A DNA stretch of 64,000 nt, from positions 3,136,001 to 3,200,000 of the forward strand of contig OZ244905.1 of NCBI GenBank assembly GCA_965221695.1. The letters run 5' to 3'. Each line of letters opens with the position of its first letter. The first letter of the stretch is position 1. The DNA comes from Gammaproteobacteria bacterium (GTDB lineage Bacteria; Pseudomonadota; Gammaproteobacteria; Eutrophobiales; Eutrophobiaceae). This document shows positions 33,108-42,374 of this stretch, piece after piece. The notes beneath the pieces were generated by a model. That model was not told the DNA's origin and ran no database searches. It was given only the letters and a program-made list of their open reading frames with translations. The position numbers and the translations under genes were made by a program.

Positions 33108-34063
33108 TTGTCGTCACCGGGGCGGCCGGGTTTATCGGTAGTAACCTGGTGCGTGGCCTGAACGCGTCCGGCCGTTCCGATATCATCGCCGTCGACGACC
33201 TCACCGACGGAACCCGGTTCCGCAACCTGGTCGAGTGCGAAATTCTGGATTACCAGGACAAGGATGAATTCATTGCATCCCTGCCGGCTGGGCTCGAGGG
33301 GGTTGAGGTCGTGTTCCACCAGGGCGCCTGCTCCGATACCCTGGAGCAGAACGGCAAGTACATGCTGGAAAACAACTATGCCTGGTCCCGGCGCCTGCTG
33401 CAGGCCTGCACCGATAACGGCGCCAGCTTGATCTATGCTTCCAGCGCCGCGGTGTACGGCGGTAACCGGCGATTCATCGAAAAACCCCAATATGAGCGCC
33501 CTGCCAACCTGTATGGCTACTCCAAGCTGCTGTTTGACCGCCATGCGCGCCGGGTCATGCAAAGCGCGTCATCACAGGTTGCCGGCCTGAGGTATTTCAA
33601 TGTTTACGGCCCCGGGGAATGGCACAAGGGAAGAATGGCCAGCATGGTCTTGCAGTTGCACCGGCAGTTGCAGAAAGACGGCGCCGCGAAACTGTTCAAG
33701 GGCAGCGGCGGTTATCAGGACGGAGAACAGCGTCGGGATTTCATCCATATCGACGACGTAGTAGCCGTTATCCTGTGGTTCATGCAACACCAGCAGGTGA
33801 GCGGTATTTTCAACGTCGGTACCGGTAAAAGCAGGAGTTTTAACGATATCGCTCGTCTGGTTATCGATTGGCATCGCGGCGGCAAGGTTCAGTACATGGA
33901 TTTCCCCGACGGTTTGGCGGATGCATACCAGAGTTTTACCGAGGCCGATATTTCTGCGTTGCGGCGAGCCGGATACCGCAGGTCTTTCACCGGGTTGGAA
34001 CCGGGCGTGAGAAAATACCTGGAGCAGATGGAAGCGCAGTCCGGGGACAAAATAACGCTATGA
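33104..34063 (+). CDS. hldD: ADP-L-glycero-D-manno-heptose 6-epimerase
   Basis: TGAAGFIGSN, HQGACS, YASSAA, YGYSK, RYFNVYG. Confidence 0.95.
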
Positions 34064-34121
34064 GCAGGCAAACGGTATTGTCTTGCTCCGGGCAAACCGG
34101 CGCAATATCCCGGTCAGCCTG

Positions 34122-35414
34122 ATGAGGGTGTTATACAGCCTGGCGCTGTACCTGTGCGCGCCGTTGGCGCTGTTGCATCTGCTGTGGCGCGGGAGCAGGA
34201 ATCGCGCTTATCTCGAACGTATCCCCGAGCGTTTCGGTTGGATTCCGAAACCGACCGGCGCCGGACAGCCTGTGATCTGGGTGCACGCAGTGTCGGTGGG
34301 CGAGGTGCAGGCCGCTAGCCTGTTGGTGAAACGCGTGCTCGGCGCCTATCCCGGTTGCCGGGTCGTGTTGACGACCACCACGCCCACCGGCGCGGCGCGG
34401 GCCAGGGCCTTGTTCGCGGGAACGGTGGAGCGCCGTTACCTGCCTTATGATTTGCCTCATGCCGTGCGCCTGTTCCTGCGCCGAGTCAAGCCGCAGTTGC
34501 TGGTAATCATGGAAACGGAGATCTGGCCAAACCTGCTCTACTATTGCAAACAACGCGGCGTTCCCGCGTTGCTGGTCAATGCCAGGCTGTCTCCCGCGTC
34601 GTACCGGGCTTACCTGAGGTTGCGGCGTTTTTCCGCGGCGGCTGTGCAGATGCTGACCCATATTGCAGCCCGTAGCGCCGCGGATGCGGAACGCTTTCAG
34701 GCGCTGGGCGCAGACCCTGCCCGGGTTACGATCGCGGGCAACCTGAAGTTCGACATTGCGACAGAGGATAACCTTATCGATCGGGCGCTGCCGTTACGGC
34801 AAACGCGCGCGGCCGGCCGTCCAGTCTGGATCGCGGCCAGCACCCACGCGGGTGAGGAGGAGCAGGCGCTGGATGCGTTCGACCGGATCCGGCGCTGCAT
34901 TGACAACTGCCTCTTGATTATCGCGCCGCGCCATCCGGAGCGCTTTGACAAGGTGTATGAACTGTGCCGGCGGCGCGGCCTGCATACAACCCGGCACAGT
35001 GGCGCTAACGGCGCGGCGCCAAAGGCTGCGGATGTGTATCTGCTGGATACCCTGGGAGAGCTTCCCCTGTTCTATGCCTGTGCCGGCGTCGCGTTTGTCG
35101 GCGGCAGTCTGGCGCCCGCGGGCGGGCATAATGTGCTGGAGCCGGCCGCGCTAGGTGTGCCGCTGATCAGTGGGCAACACACCGCCAATTTTGCCGAAAT
35201 TATCGAGCTGTTCCGTGGTGAGGACGCGATCATGATTGTTGCGGATGCCGCGCAACTTGCCGCCGCGGTGATCAACTTGCTACAGGATGAAGACTTAAGA
35301 CGCGCCTACGGCCAACGCGGCCGGCGGCTGGTGCGGCGCTACCAGGGCGCAATCGATACTGTCCTGGAATTGCTGGATAAATATCTCCTTGATCATTCTG
35401 CGGGCAAACACTAA
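34122..35414 (+). CDS. waaA: Kdo transferase
   Basis: WVHAVSVGE, ETEIWPN, AASTH.GEE, APRHPER, GGHN.LEPA. Confidence 0.95.
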   Translation: MRVLYSLALYLCAPLALLHLLWRGSRNRAYLERIPERFGWIPKPTGAGQPVIWVHAVSVGEVQAASLLVKRVLGAYPGCRVVLTTTTPTGAARARALFAGTVERRYLPYDLPHAVRLFLRRVKPQLLVIMETEIWPNLLYYCKQRGVPALLVNARLSPASYRAYLRLRRFSAAAVQMLTHIAARSAADAERFQALGADPARVTIAGNLKFDIATEDNLIDRALPLRQTRAAGRPVWIAASTHAGEEEQALDAFDRIRRCIDNCLLIIAPRHPERFDKVYELCRRRGLHTTRHSGANGAAPKAADVYLLDTLGELPLFYACAGVAFVGGSLAPAGGHNVLEPAALGVPLISGQHTANFAEIIELFRGEDAIMIVADAAQLAAAVINLLQDEDLRRAYGQRGRRLVRRYQGAIDTVLELLDKYLLDHSAGKH

Positions 35415-35534
35415 TCTGTATAGGAACTATTGGTTAAGCCAGAGCTTACGGTGATACAGGGATGCGTGCTCTGACAAGTCCTGGATGGTCTTGTTCAGAT
35501 ATTCATATGAATTCATTCAAGACCGGGAGGTTTT

Positions 35535-37850
35535 ATGAACAAACTACGACTGAATAAATACACGATTACCCGCGTGCTCCTGCCGGCCCTGGCAGGTCTG
35601 CTGATATGCTCCGGTAGCGCCCGGGCGCAGATGCTCGAAGAGATCGTGGTCACCGCGCAGAAGCGTTCCGAAGACCTGCAGGACACACCGGTTGCCGTCA
35701 CCGCGTTCACCGGCGAACAACTGCAGCAGGTGGGCGTCGTCGATTCCATCGGGCTGAGTAATGTGGTGCCCAACGTGACTATCGGAACCGAGGATGCCAG
35801 GGACGCAATATTTATCAACATACGCGGCATATCCCAGTCCGAACGCAGGAACGCCTCGGATTCGACCACTGCGTTCTACATGGACGGCGCGCTGGTGCCG
35901 CGCATGTCCGGCATCAACGCCTACTTCTATGATGTTGAGCGTATTGAAGTGCTGCGCGGTCCGCAGGGTACGCTGTACGGGCGCAACAGTACCTCGGGTG
36001 TGGTCAACGTGATCACAAAAAAACCCGACCTGGAAGCGATCGGAGGCGACCTCCAGGTAGGTTATGGCAATTATGATGCGGTTGACGTAAAGGGCGCGCT
36101 GAATGTGCCGTTTTCTGACAGTATCGGCGCCCGCGTGGCGTTCACCTATAATGAACGGGACGGTTACCGGGATAACGGACCGCTGGTTGCCGATGGAGAC
36201 GACTTAGATGATATCGGCGTGCGCGGTCACCTGCTGTGGGATATCGGCGAGTCTACCTCGTTGCTGCTCTCCGCGGATTACTATGAACACCAGGGTGTTG
36301 GCCCGGTAGGGGCACAGGTGGAATGTCCCGACAGCGGCTGTAACATCCCGCTCGCCCCCGATCCTGCCCGCGCCAACCCGCTCAATACGGAAGGCTACCG
36401 CGATAATACGGATACCAATTTCAAGCTCCAACTGGACCACTCATTCCCGTTTGCCGACCTGACCTTCATCGGTTCCTACCGGGATCATGAACGGGATTAC
36501 CTGATGGACACAGACGGCACCGGCGCTTCGGTATTTCTGCCGCCGGCAGGCAGGCTGGTCGCGATCGACACCACTGTCGTGGAGCAGACGGAGTCAGAAT
36601 CTTTCTCAGCCGAGCTGCGGCTGAATTCCAACTCGGACAGCCGCCTGCAATGGATCCTGGGTGGCTTTTACCTGGATGAAGATATCGCCGGTGATTTTCG
36701 TTATCAACCGGTGTTGCCGAACGGTTTGCACCTGAACGTGCAGTTTGTCGACAAGGGTTTCAACGTGGAGTCGTGGGCCGTTTTTGCCAATGCTTCCGTG
36801 GATGTCACCGATCGCTTCACCCTGAACGGCGGTGTGCGTTATACGGAGGATGAGAAGGACAAAGGCGGCGTTAACGACCCCGCCAATCCCACCGCCGGCA
36901 GTTATATGTTAGTCAGTATCCGCGAATTCGGCGCGCCGGTGGCGCCGTTTTTTCCGCGCGCCCAGGTGGCGAATCCCTCCTGGAACGAGGTTACCTGGTC
37001 GTTCGGTTTTGACTGGCATCTGAATGACGACATGCTTGCCTATGTCAAGTACAGCAAGGGGTTCAAGTCGGGCGGTTTCAGCCGCGGCAGCGTGGATCCG
37101 TTGAACCCGAGTGGCGCCCCGAACGTGGCAAACCTGACCGTCTACAACCCGGAACAGGTGCTTGCCAGTGAAGTCGGCCTCAAGAGCACTTTCATGGATG
37201 GCCGCGCCCGGGCGAACCTGAGCGCGTTCTGGTATGACTATTCCGACAAGGAAGAGGCAGTTGTGCGTGTGATCGGCGGTATTCCGACCAATACCGTGAT
37301 CAATGCGGGACAGGCGACCATTTACGGGGCGGAACTGGAGGCGACATTATTGTATGGCGCACACGGCGGGCGCATCGACCTTAACCTCGGCTGGCTGGAC
37401 GCGCAATTCGATGAATTCATCGGCCTCGATGATCCGCTGACGCCCGGCCAGGACAACCTGGATCTCGGCGGCAGCGACTTGGTGAATGCGCCGGACTGGA
37501 ATATCAGCGCCACCTGGGTACCTGCCGAATTGGAAATGCTGAACGGGCGCCTGTATCCTCTGGTCCAGTTTTCATTCAAGTCCAGTTACATTACCCGGCC
37601 CCACAACCAGTCTGTCGACCGGCAGGATTCCTATACCCGCACCAATGCGAGCCTGCACTGGGAATCCGTTAACACAGGCCTGTACCTGGAAGGTTTCGTG
37701 CACAACATCGAGAATAAAGACATCCAGACCTCTTCGTTTTGCCAGCAACAGGTCAACGGCGTCGCGGGAACACCCTTCCCCGGGTTGGGCTGTACTCATA
37801 TGTACCAGCCCCCGCGCACCTACGGGGTGCGGCTGGGATACAGGTTCTGA
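35535..37850 (+). CDS. TonB-dependent outer membrane receptor
   Basis: Signal peptide, EEIVVTAQKR TonB box, plug RIEVLRGPQGTLYGRN, C-terminal PRTYG...GYRF. Confidence 0.93.
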   Translation: MNKLRLNKYTITRVLLPALAGLLICSGSARAQMLEEIVVTAQKRSEDLQDTPVAVTAFTGEQLQQVGVVDSIGLSNVVPNVTIGTEDARDAIFINIRGISQSERRNASDSTTAFYMDGALVPRMSGINAYFYDVERIEVLRGPQGTLYGRNSTSGVVNVITKKPDLEAIGGDLQVGYGNYDAVDVKGALNVPFSDSIGARVAFTYNERDGYRDNGPLVADGDDLDDIGVRGHLLWDIGESTSLLLSADYYEHQGVGPVGAQVECPDSGCNIPLAPDPARANPLNTEGYRDNTDTNFKLQLDHSFPFADLTFIGSYRDHERDYLMDTDGTGASVFLPPAGRLVAIDTTVVEQTESESFSAELRLNSNSDSRLQWILGGFYLDEDIAGDFRYQPVLPNGLHLNVQFVDKGFNVESWAVFANASVDVTDRFTLNGGVRYTEDEKDKGGVNDPANPTAGSYMLVSIREFGAPVAPFFPRAQVANPSWNEVTWSFGFDWHLNDDMLAYVKYSKGFKSGGFSRGSVDPLNPSGAPNVANLTVYNPEQVLASEVGLKSTFMDGRARANLSAFWYDYSDKEEAVVRVIGGIPTNTVINAGQATIYGAELEATLLYGAHGGRIDLNLGWLDAQFDEFIGLDDPLTPGQDNLDLGGSDLVNAPDWNISATWVPAELEMLNGRLYPLVQFSFKSSYITRPHNQSVDRQDSYTRTNASLHWESVNTGLYLEGFVHNIENKDIQTSSFCQQQVNGVAGTPFPGLGCTHMYQPPRTYGVRLGYRF

Positions 37851-38002
37851 ATCCAGTGGGGTTACGCGATGGTCTGCCACGGAGATATCGCTGATCCGGG
37901 AGATGATGCCTGTCAGCGTATCAATGCCTGCGGCATTGATTTTGCCAGAACGTGCCTGTATCGTAGCAGTTTCAGAGACATTAACCAGAGGTTGCTTAGC
38001 TC

Positions 38003-38386
38003 ATGTTGAAACCCATAATAATAATTCTGGCCCTGGCGGCGCCGTCCTTCGCGGCAGCCGCCGGATTTCCTACAGTTGAAACGGTGAGGCAAGTCGTCAG
38101 TTGCATGGCTGAGCTTGGTGGCCAGACTGATGAGAACCTATTGACTTGCGGGTGCCGGCAGGACGAGATTGAAGCCGGGATGAGTTTTGAGGTTTTCGAG
38201 CAGGCCAGTCTGCAGGAACGTTATAACCGCATGCCGGGCAAACGCGGCGGCCTGTTCCGTGATGATAAAATAAGCAGGGAACAACTCAAGCAGTTAAAAG
38301 ACGTCAGGAAGAAGGCCTTTGCCGCATGTCCCGCAGTCAAGAAGGTGATGCGGGCTGATGAGATGAATAAAGGAACCTCTGAATAA
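38003..38386 (+). CDS. Small exported Cys-containing protein next to the quinoprotein cluster
   Basis: Signal peptide; four Cys (SCM, TCGC, AAC). Confidence 0.65.
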   Translation: MLKPIIIILALAAPSFAAAAGFPTVETVRQVVSCMAELGGQTDENLLTCGCRQDEIEAGMSFEVFEQASLQERYNRMPGKRGGLFRDDKISREQLKQLKDVRKKAFAACPAVKKVMRADEMNKGTSE

Positions 38387-38401
38387 GTCCTCAGAGGTCC
38401 C
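38371..38401. repeat. Family A palindrome overlapping a gene end
   Basis: ggaacctctgaataagtcctcagaggtccc; supplies the last codons and TAA of 38003-38386. Confidence 0.65.
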
Positions 38402-38416
38402 AAAAGCAATTCCGGA

Positions 38417-39253
38417 TCAGTTTACCGCAAAATCTGAAGACCAGGCCGCGTTCTTGGTGTCCGTCGCCTCAACAGTCAATATCCCCTTGTCTTTCGGCAC
38501 GAAGAAGAAACGCAGGCTGGGGTCCATACTGATCGCAAAGGTCAGGATTGCCTTCATTACCGGCGCGCCGTTGTAATTCACATTCAGCGTATTGACGAAG
38601 TGCGCGGGAGGATGGAAGTGGGAACCTATCTTCATCGGCTGCAGGCCGGTGATGTTCGGGTGTTTGATCTTCAGTTGCATCAGGTTCGGTTTGCTGTATT
38701 CGACATCGCCGATCATCTTCATCTTCATCATGCCCATGTTGGCAATGGAATCGCCGATGCTCTTGGGCGGCGGCGCGGAGCAGGCGCCTGTTGCCCGGGA
38801 GAAACTCTTGGCCATGTACAGTTCACCGGTATTCAACTCGGCAATGGCGCGCACATAGGTATGATCGTTGATGCGCACACGCATCGCCAGGTCGGCCTTG
38901 CCGCTGGCCGGGGTAAAATCGAAGATCCCTACCAGCGGGACCGGGTTCTTGTCGATGAAAACATGCATGCGCTTGACATACAACTCATCGGTCTGCGGAA
39001 TCCTGGTGTGGATGGTGACCGGGGCGAGCGCCGCATCCTGAGCACGGTATGGCGCCTTGACCTCCAGGATATTCTGCTCGGCGTCTTCGATGATTTCCCG
39101 GTCCTGGAATGTTGGATGGCGCAGGTTCTCCTCCCATGCCTGGTCCGATAACTTTTGTCGCCAGTCATGGGGCATCACGTCCGCAAACAGCGCCGGCGCG
39201 CAAATGAATAATACGGCAACGGATAAAAACGTTTTCATGGTTGTGTTCAACAT
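38417..39253 (-). CDS. Quinoprotein-dehydrogenase-associated fused SoxYZ-like carrier
   Basis: APYRA.DAA..P, ID.NP.P, RA.AE...G.LY, ATGACSAP, HPN.TG.Q, IS.DP..RF; divergent from xoxF. Confidence 0.85.
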   Translation of the reverse strand: MLNTTMKTFLSVAVLFICAPALFADVMPHDWRQKLSDQAWEENLRHPTFQDREIIEDAEQNILEVKAPYRAQDAALAPVTIHTRIPQTDELYVKRMHVFIDKNPVPLVGIFDFTPASGKADLAMRVRINDHTYVRAIAELNTGELYMAKSFSRATGACSAPPPKSIGDSIANMGMMKMKMIGDVEYSKPNLMQLKIKHPNITGLQPMKIGSHFHPPAHFVNTLNVNYNGAPVMKAILTFAISMDPSLRFFFVPKDKGILTVEATDTKNAAWSSDFAVN

Positions 39254-39405
39254 ACGTTCCTCTTTCATTGACGTGGGTAACATTGTTCCTGTTCCCGAAA
39301 ATTACACAGCAAAATACGTTTAAACGGACTAACCGCTAAAGTATACTATATCGACAATAGTAATTCCAAATTCCAGAGATTCAGGCGAATTTCAGTGAAA
39401 TATGC

Positions 39406-39480
39406 TTGACAAGCTCTTAGAATAAGGTGGAATATATGGCTTTAGAGGAAAAGTGCTTGCATAGCACATGAAATTTTCCT
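39406..39480 (+). promoter_or_regulatory. Putative xoxF promoter and palindromic site
   Basis: TTGACA at 39406 with weak -10 (TGGAAT); AGGAAAA-GTGCT-N5-AGCAC-...-TTTTCCT dyad in an AT-rich divergent spacer. Confidence 0.35.
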
Positions 39481-39674
39481 AGACTTGATTGTATTGTGAT
39501 GATATTTTCTGTAATATTCACACTAGATAATAAACGTACACAAGATTTAAGTTGAACGCGGGCATATCGCCCCGATAATTTAACTCTCGGCTATCTTTCA
39601 TGATCTCGAGATAGCGGGGAGGTCAATAAAAATCGAGATCAAACATTTGTTAATTAACAAAAGAGGAGGAGGTC

Positions 39675-41678
39675 ATGAGTAAATTTTCCTTCAGTAAATG
39701 GATAATTGTCCCTCTTGCCCTGTTCATGTCTTTGTCAGCTTTCGCCAATGACGGCGTCAGAGAGTTGATGAAAGACCCGAACTACTGGGTATATCCGGGA
39801 GGCAATTATTGGAACTGGCGTTATTCTGAACTTGATCAGATTAACAACAATAACGCCGGTGATTTGGTGGCTGCGTGGACGTTCTCGACAGGACGCCTGC
39901 AAGGCCATGAGGGAGGTCCGTTGGTCCTGCCGCCCAGTGAGACGGGTCTGGCAACCGATCATCTGTATATTCACGCGTCATTCCCGAATGATGTGTTCGC
40001 GATCGATCTTGAGACCCTCGAGATCACCTGGGACTTCGTGCCCCCGCAGGACGCTGATGCAACCGTTCCCAAGATGTGTTGCGATATCGTGAACCGCGGT
40101 CTTGGCTACAGCATGGGCCAGATTTACCTGCAAGCAGCCGACACCACTTTGTATGCCTTGAACCCGATGGACGGCAGCATTATCTGGCAGACAAAGAACG
40201 GCGCCGACATCTCTGACGACCTGGTTGGTCCCAGCGCTGACGGCAGAGGCTATGGTCCGCATAACGGCATGACCAACACCAATGCCCCGCACCCGATCAA
40301 GGACAAAGTCTTTACCGGCTGCTCCGGCGCCGAGTTTGGTGTGCGTTGCTGGATCGCGGCTTTCAATGCCAGCGATGGCAGCCTGGCATGGCGTGCGTTC
40401 AGCATGGGTCCGGATGAAGACATCCTGTTTGACGAAAACACCACGTCCATGGGGCAACCGGTTGGCGCCGATTCTTCCCTGAAGACCTGGTGTGCGTTCG
40501 ATGCCGAAGTTGGCACCGGTCATAGCACCTGGGGTAAAGAAGCCCTGCGCGCTAATTCCGCTGAAGAGCGTCTCTGCAAAGAGACTTCCGACCAGTGGAG
40601 GATCGGCGGCGGTTCCGTATGGGGCTGGTGGCCTGCCGATTTCGATGAGAACCTGATGTACTACGGCAACGGCAATCCCGGCACCTGGAACCCGGTCGTA
40701 CGTCCCGGCGACAACAAGTGGTCCATGACCATCTTCGCCCGCGACATCGACACCGGTGTGGCACGCTGGGTTTACCAGATGACGCCCCATGATGAGTGGG
40801 ACTACGACGGCGTTAACGAGATGATCCTGGCTGACATGACTGTAAAAGGCGAGGAGAACGTGCCGTCCCTGGTTCACTTTGATCGGAACGGTTTTGCTTA
40901 CACCATGAACCGTAAGACCGGCGACCTGCTGGTAGCTGAGAAGTATGACCCGGCCGTTAACTGGGCAACTCATGTTGACATGAAGACGGGTTATCCCCAG
41001 GTCGTTAATGAGTTCAGCACTCACTTCAACGGCCAGGACGTTACCTCCAAGGACGTCTGCCCTGCAGCATTGGGCACCAAGGACCAGCAACCTGCAGCCT
41101 ACTCCCCGCGTACCGGACTGTTCTATGTGCCTACAAACCATGTTTGTATGACCTATGAGCCTGTCAGCTACGACGCAGGCGGTGTGACCTACGAACAGGC
41201 AGCCGGCAGTTGGTATGTGAATGCCAACCTGACGATGTATCCGGCAGGCCAGGTACTGGGTAACGGCACGACCAACATGGGCAATTTCATTGCCTGGGAT
41301 GCCGGCGAAGGCAAGATCGCATGGTCTATTCCCGAGCGTTGGTCGGTCTGGAGCGGCGTATTGACAACCGCCGGTGACGTAGCTTTCTATGGTACGCTTG
41401 AAGGCTATGCAAAAGCGGTTGATGCCAACAGTGGCAAACTGTTGTGGCAGTTCAAGACCCCGTCAGGCATTATCGGCAACTTCCATAGCTGGGCCCACAA
41501 GGGCAAGCAGTACGTTGGTGTGCTTTCCGGAATCGGTGGATGGGCCGGCGCTGTTGTGGCCATCCCGGTTCTGCGTGACATGTCCGGCGATGCGGCCCTC
41601 GGCGCAGTTGGCGGCTATCGCGCCCTGTGGAACTCCACACGTAACAGTGGCGTGTTGATGGTGTTCAGCCTGCCGTAG
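39675..41678 (+). CDS. xoxF: Lanthanide-dependent PQQ methanol dehydrogenase (XoxF type)
   Basis: Signal peptide, CCD.VNRG, SGAEFG (Glu ligand), GNPG (Asn), PHDEWDYDGVNE (catalytic Asp plus extra lanthanide Asp), CPAALGTKDQQP; strong GAGGAGG RBS; no mxaI nearby. Confidence 0.92.
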   Translation: MSKFSFSKWIIVPLALFMSLSAFANDGVRELMKDPNYWVYPGGNYWNWRYSELDQINNNNAGDLVAAWTFSTGRLQGHEGGPLVLPPSETGLATDHLYIHASFPNDVFAIDLETLEITWDFVPPQDADATVPKMCCDIVNRGLGYSMGQIYLQAADTTLYALNPMDGSIIWQTKNGADISDDLVGPSADGRGYGPHNGMTNTNAPHPIKDKVFTGCSGAEFGVRCWIAAFNASDGSLAWRAFSMGPDEDILFDENTTSMGQPVGADSSLKTWCAFDAEVGTGHSTWGKEALRANSAEERLCKETSDQWRIGGGSVWGWWPADFDENLMYYGNGNPGTWNPVVRPGDNKWSMTIFARDIDTGVARWVYQMTPHDEWDYDGVNEMILADMTVKGEENVPSLVHFDRNGFAYTMNRKTGDLLVAEKYDPAVNWATHVDMKTGYPQVVNEFSTHFNGQDVTSKDVCPAALGTKDQQPAAYSPRTGLFYVPTNHVCMTYEPVSYDAGGVTYEQAAGSWYVNANLTMYPAGQVLGNGTTNMGNFIAWDAGEGKIAWSIPERWSVWSGVLTTAGDVAFYGTLEGYAKAVDANSGKLLWQFKTPSGIIGNFHSWAHKGKQYVGVLSGIGGWAGAVVAIPVLRDMSGDAALGAVGGYRALWNSTRNSGVLMVFSLP

Positions 41679-41709
41679 ACCGAACAAACTTTTCAAAGTT
41701 TGTGACGAT

Positions 41710-41743
41710 ATCCCCGGTATCATTGGTACCGGGGATTTTTTTT
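41710..41743 (+). terminator. Intrinsic terminator after xoxF
   Basis: atccccggta-tcattgg-taccggggat followed by T run. Confidence 0.85.
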
Positions 41744-41806
41744 GAACTTATTGAATGCAAGGCCGGTCATATACTGAAATCTGTGGTGACCGGTTATAGT
41801 TGAAAG

Positions 41807-41870
41807 TCATTGATTTTGACGGCATATCCCTGTACCGTTGCAACCTCTGATTTAATCTGAGGTTCCTTAA
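41807..41870. repeat. Degenerate right part of family A element
   Basis: gtcattgattttg...atccctgta...aacctctgatttaatctgaggttcc+ttaa aligns with 50415-50478. Confidence 0.55.
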
Positions 41871-41901
41871 TAATAATTCAAGATTTAAGAGGATTTGGAA
41901 T

Positions 41902-42369
41902 ATGTATTTGAGAAGTCTTTTTGTTGGTTTATTCCTGCTGGGTTCCATACAGGTATCCGCCCAGCAGATTCATGTGATTAACGCAGAAGCGCGTATCTTC
42001 AACCCGGATGTCATTTATGTACAACCCGGGGATAACGTGAGATTTGTCAACATGACATCCCATGACGCGGTATCGATTAATCAGGTCCCGCTTCCCGACG
42101 GCCAGGTGTTCGAGGGAATGCTACCTGAAGGCACCGAGGGCTGGAAGAGTAGAATGGGTGACGATTTTACGTTGCAACTGGACGTAGAGGGTGTGTATCC
42201 CTATGTGTGCATTCCCCATATCGGCTTCGGAATGGTGGGTGTCATTGTAGTAGGCGAGCCGGTTAACATAGACGCCGCGATGGACGCTGCGAGAGCCAAC
42301 CTTAAGGGTCCCTACCGCCGGCTTATCGGCAAGATCCTCAAGGTGCAACGAGCGGCGAAAAAAGGGTAA
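41902..42369 (+). CDS. Periplasmic type-1 blue copper protein (pseudoazurin-like)
   Basis: Signal peptide, F.P..I.V.PGD.V.F, His (SHD), C-x2-H-x4-M (YVCIPHIGFGM), C-terminal helical tail. Confidence 0.9.
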   Translation: MYLRSLFVGLFLLGSIQVSAQQIHVINAEARIFNPDVIYVQPGDNVRFVNMTSHDAVSINQVPLPDGQVFEGMLPEGTEGWKSRMGDDFTLQLDVEGVYPYVCIPHIGFGMVGVIVVGEPVNIDAAMDAARANLKGPYRRLIGKILKVQRAAKKG

Positions 42370-42374
42370 TAACA

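Noticed and set aside
39675-41678. Calcium-dependent MxaF
   Set aside because: Has WDYD rather than WD(Y/F)A, and no mxaI or mxa accessory genes are nearby
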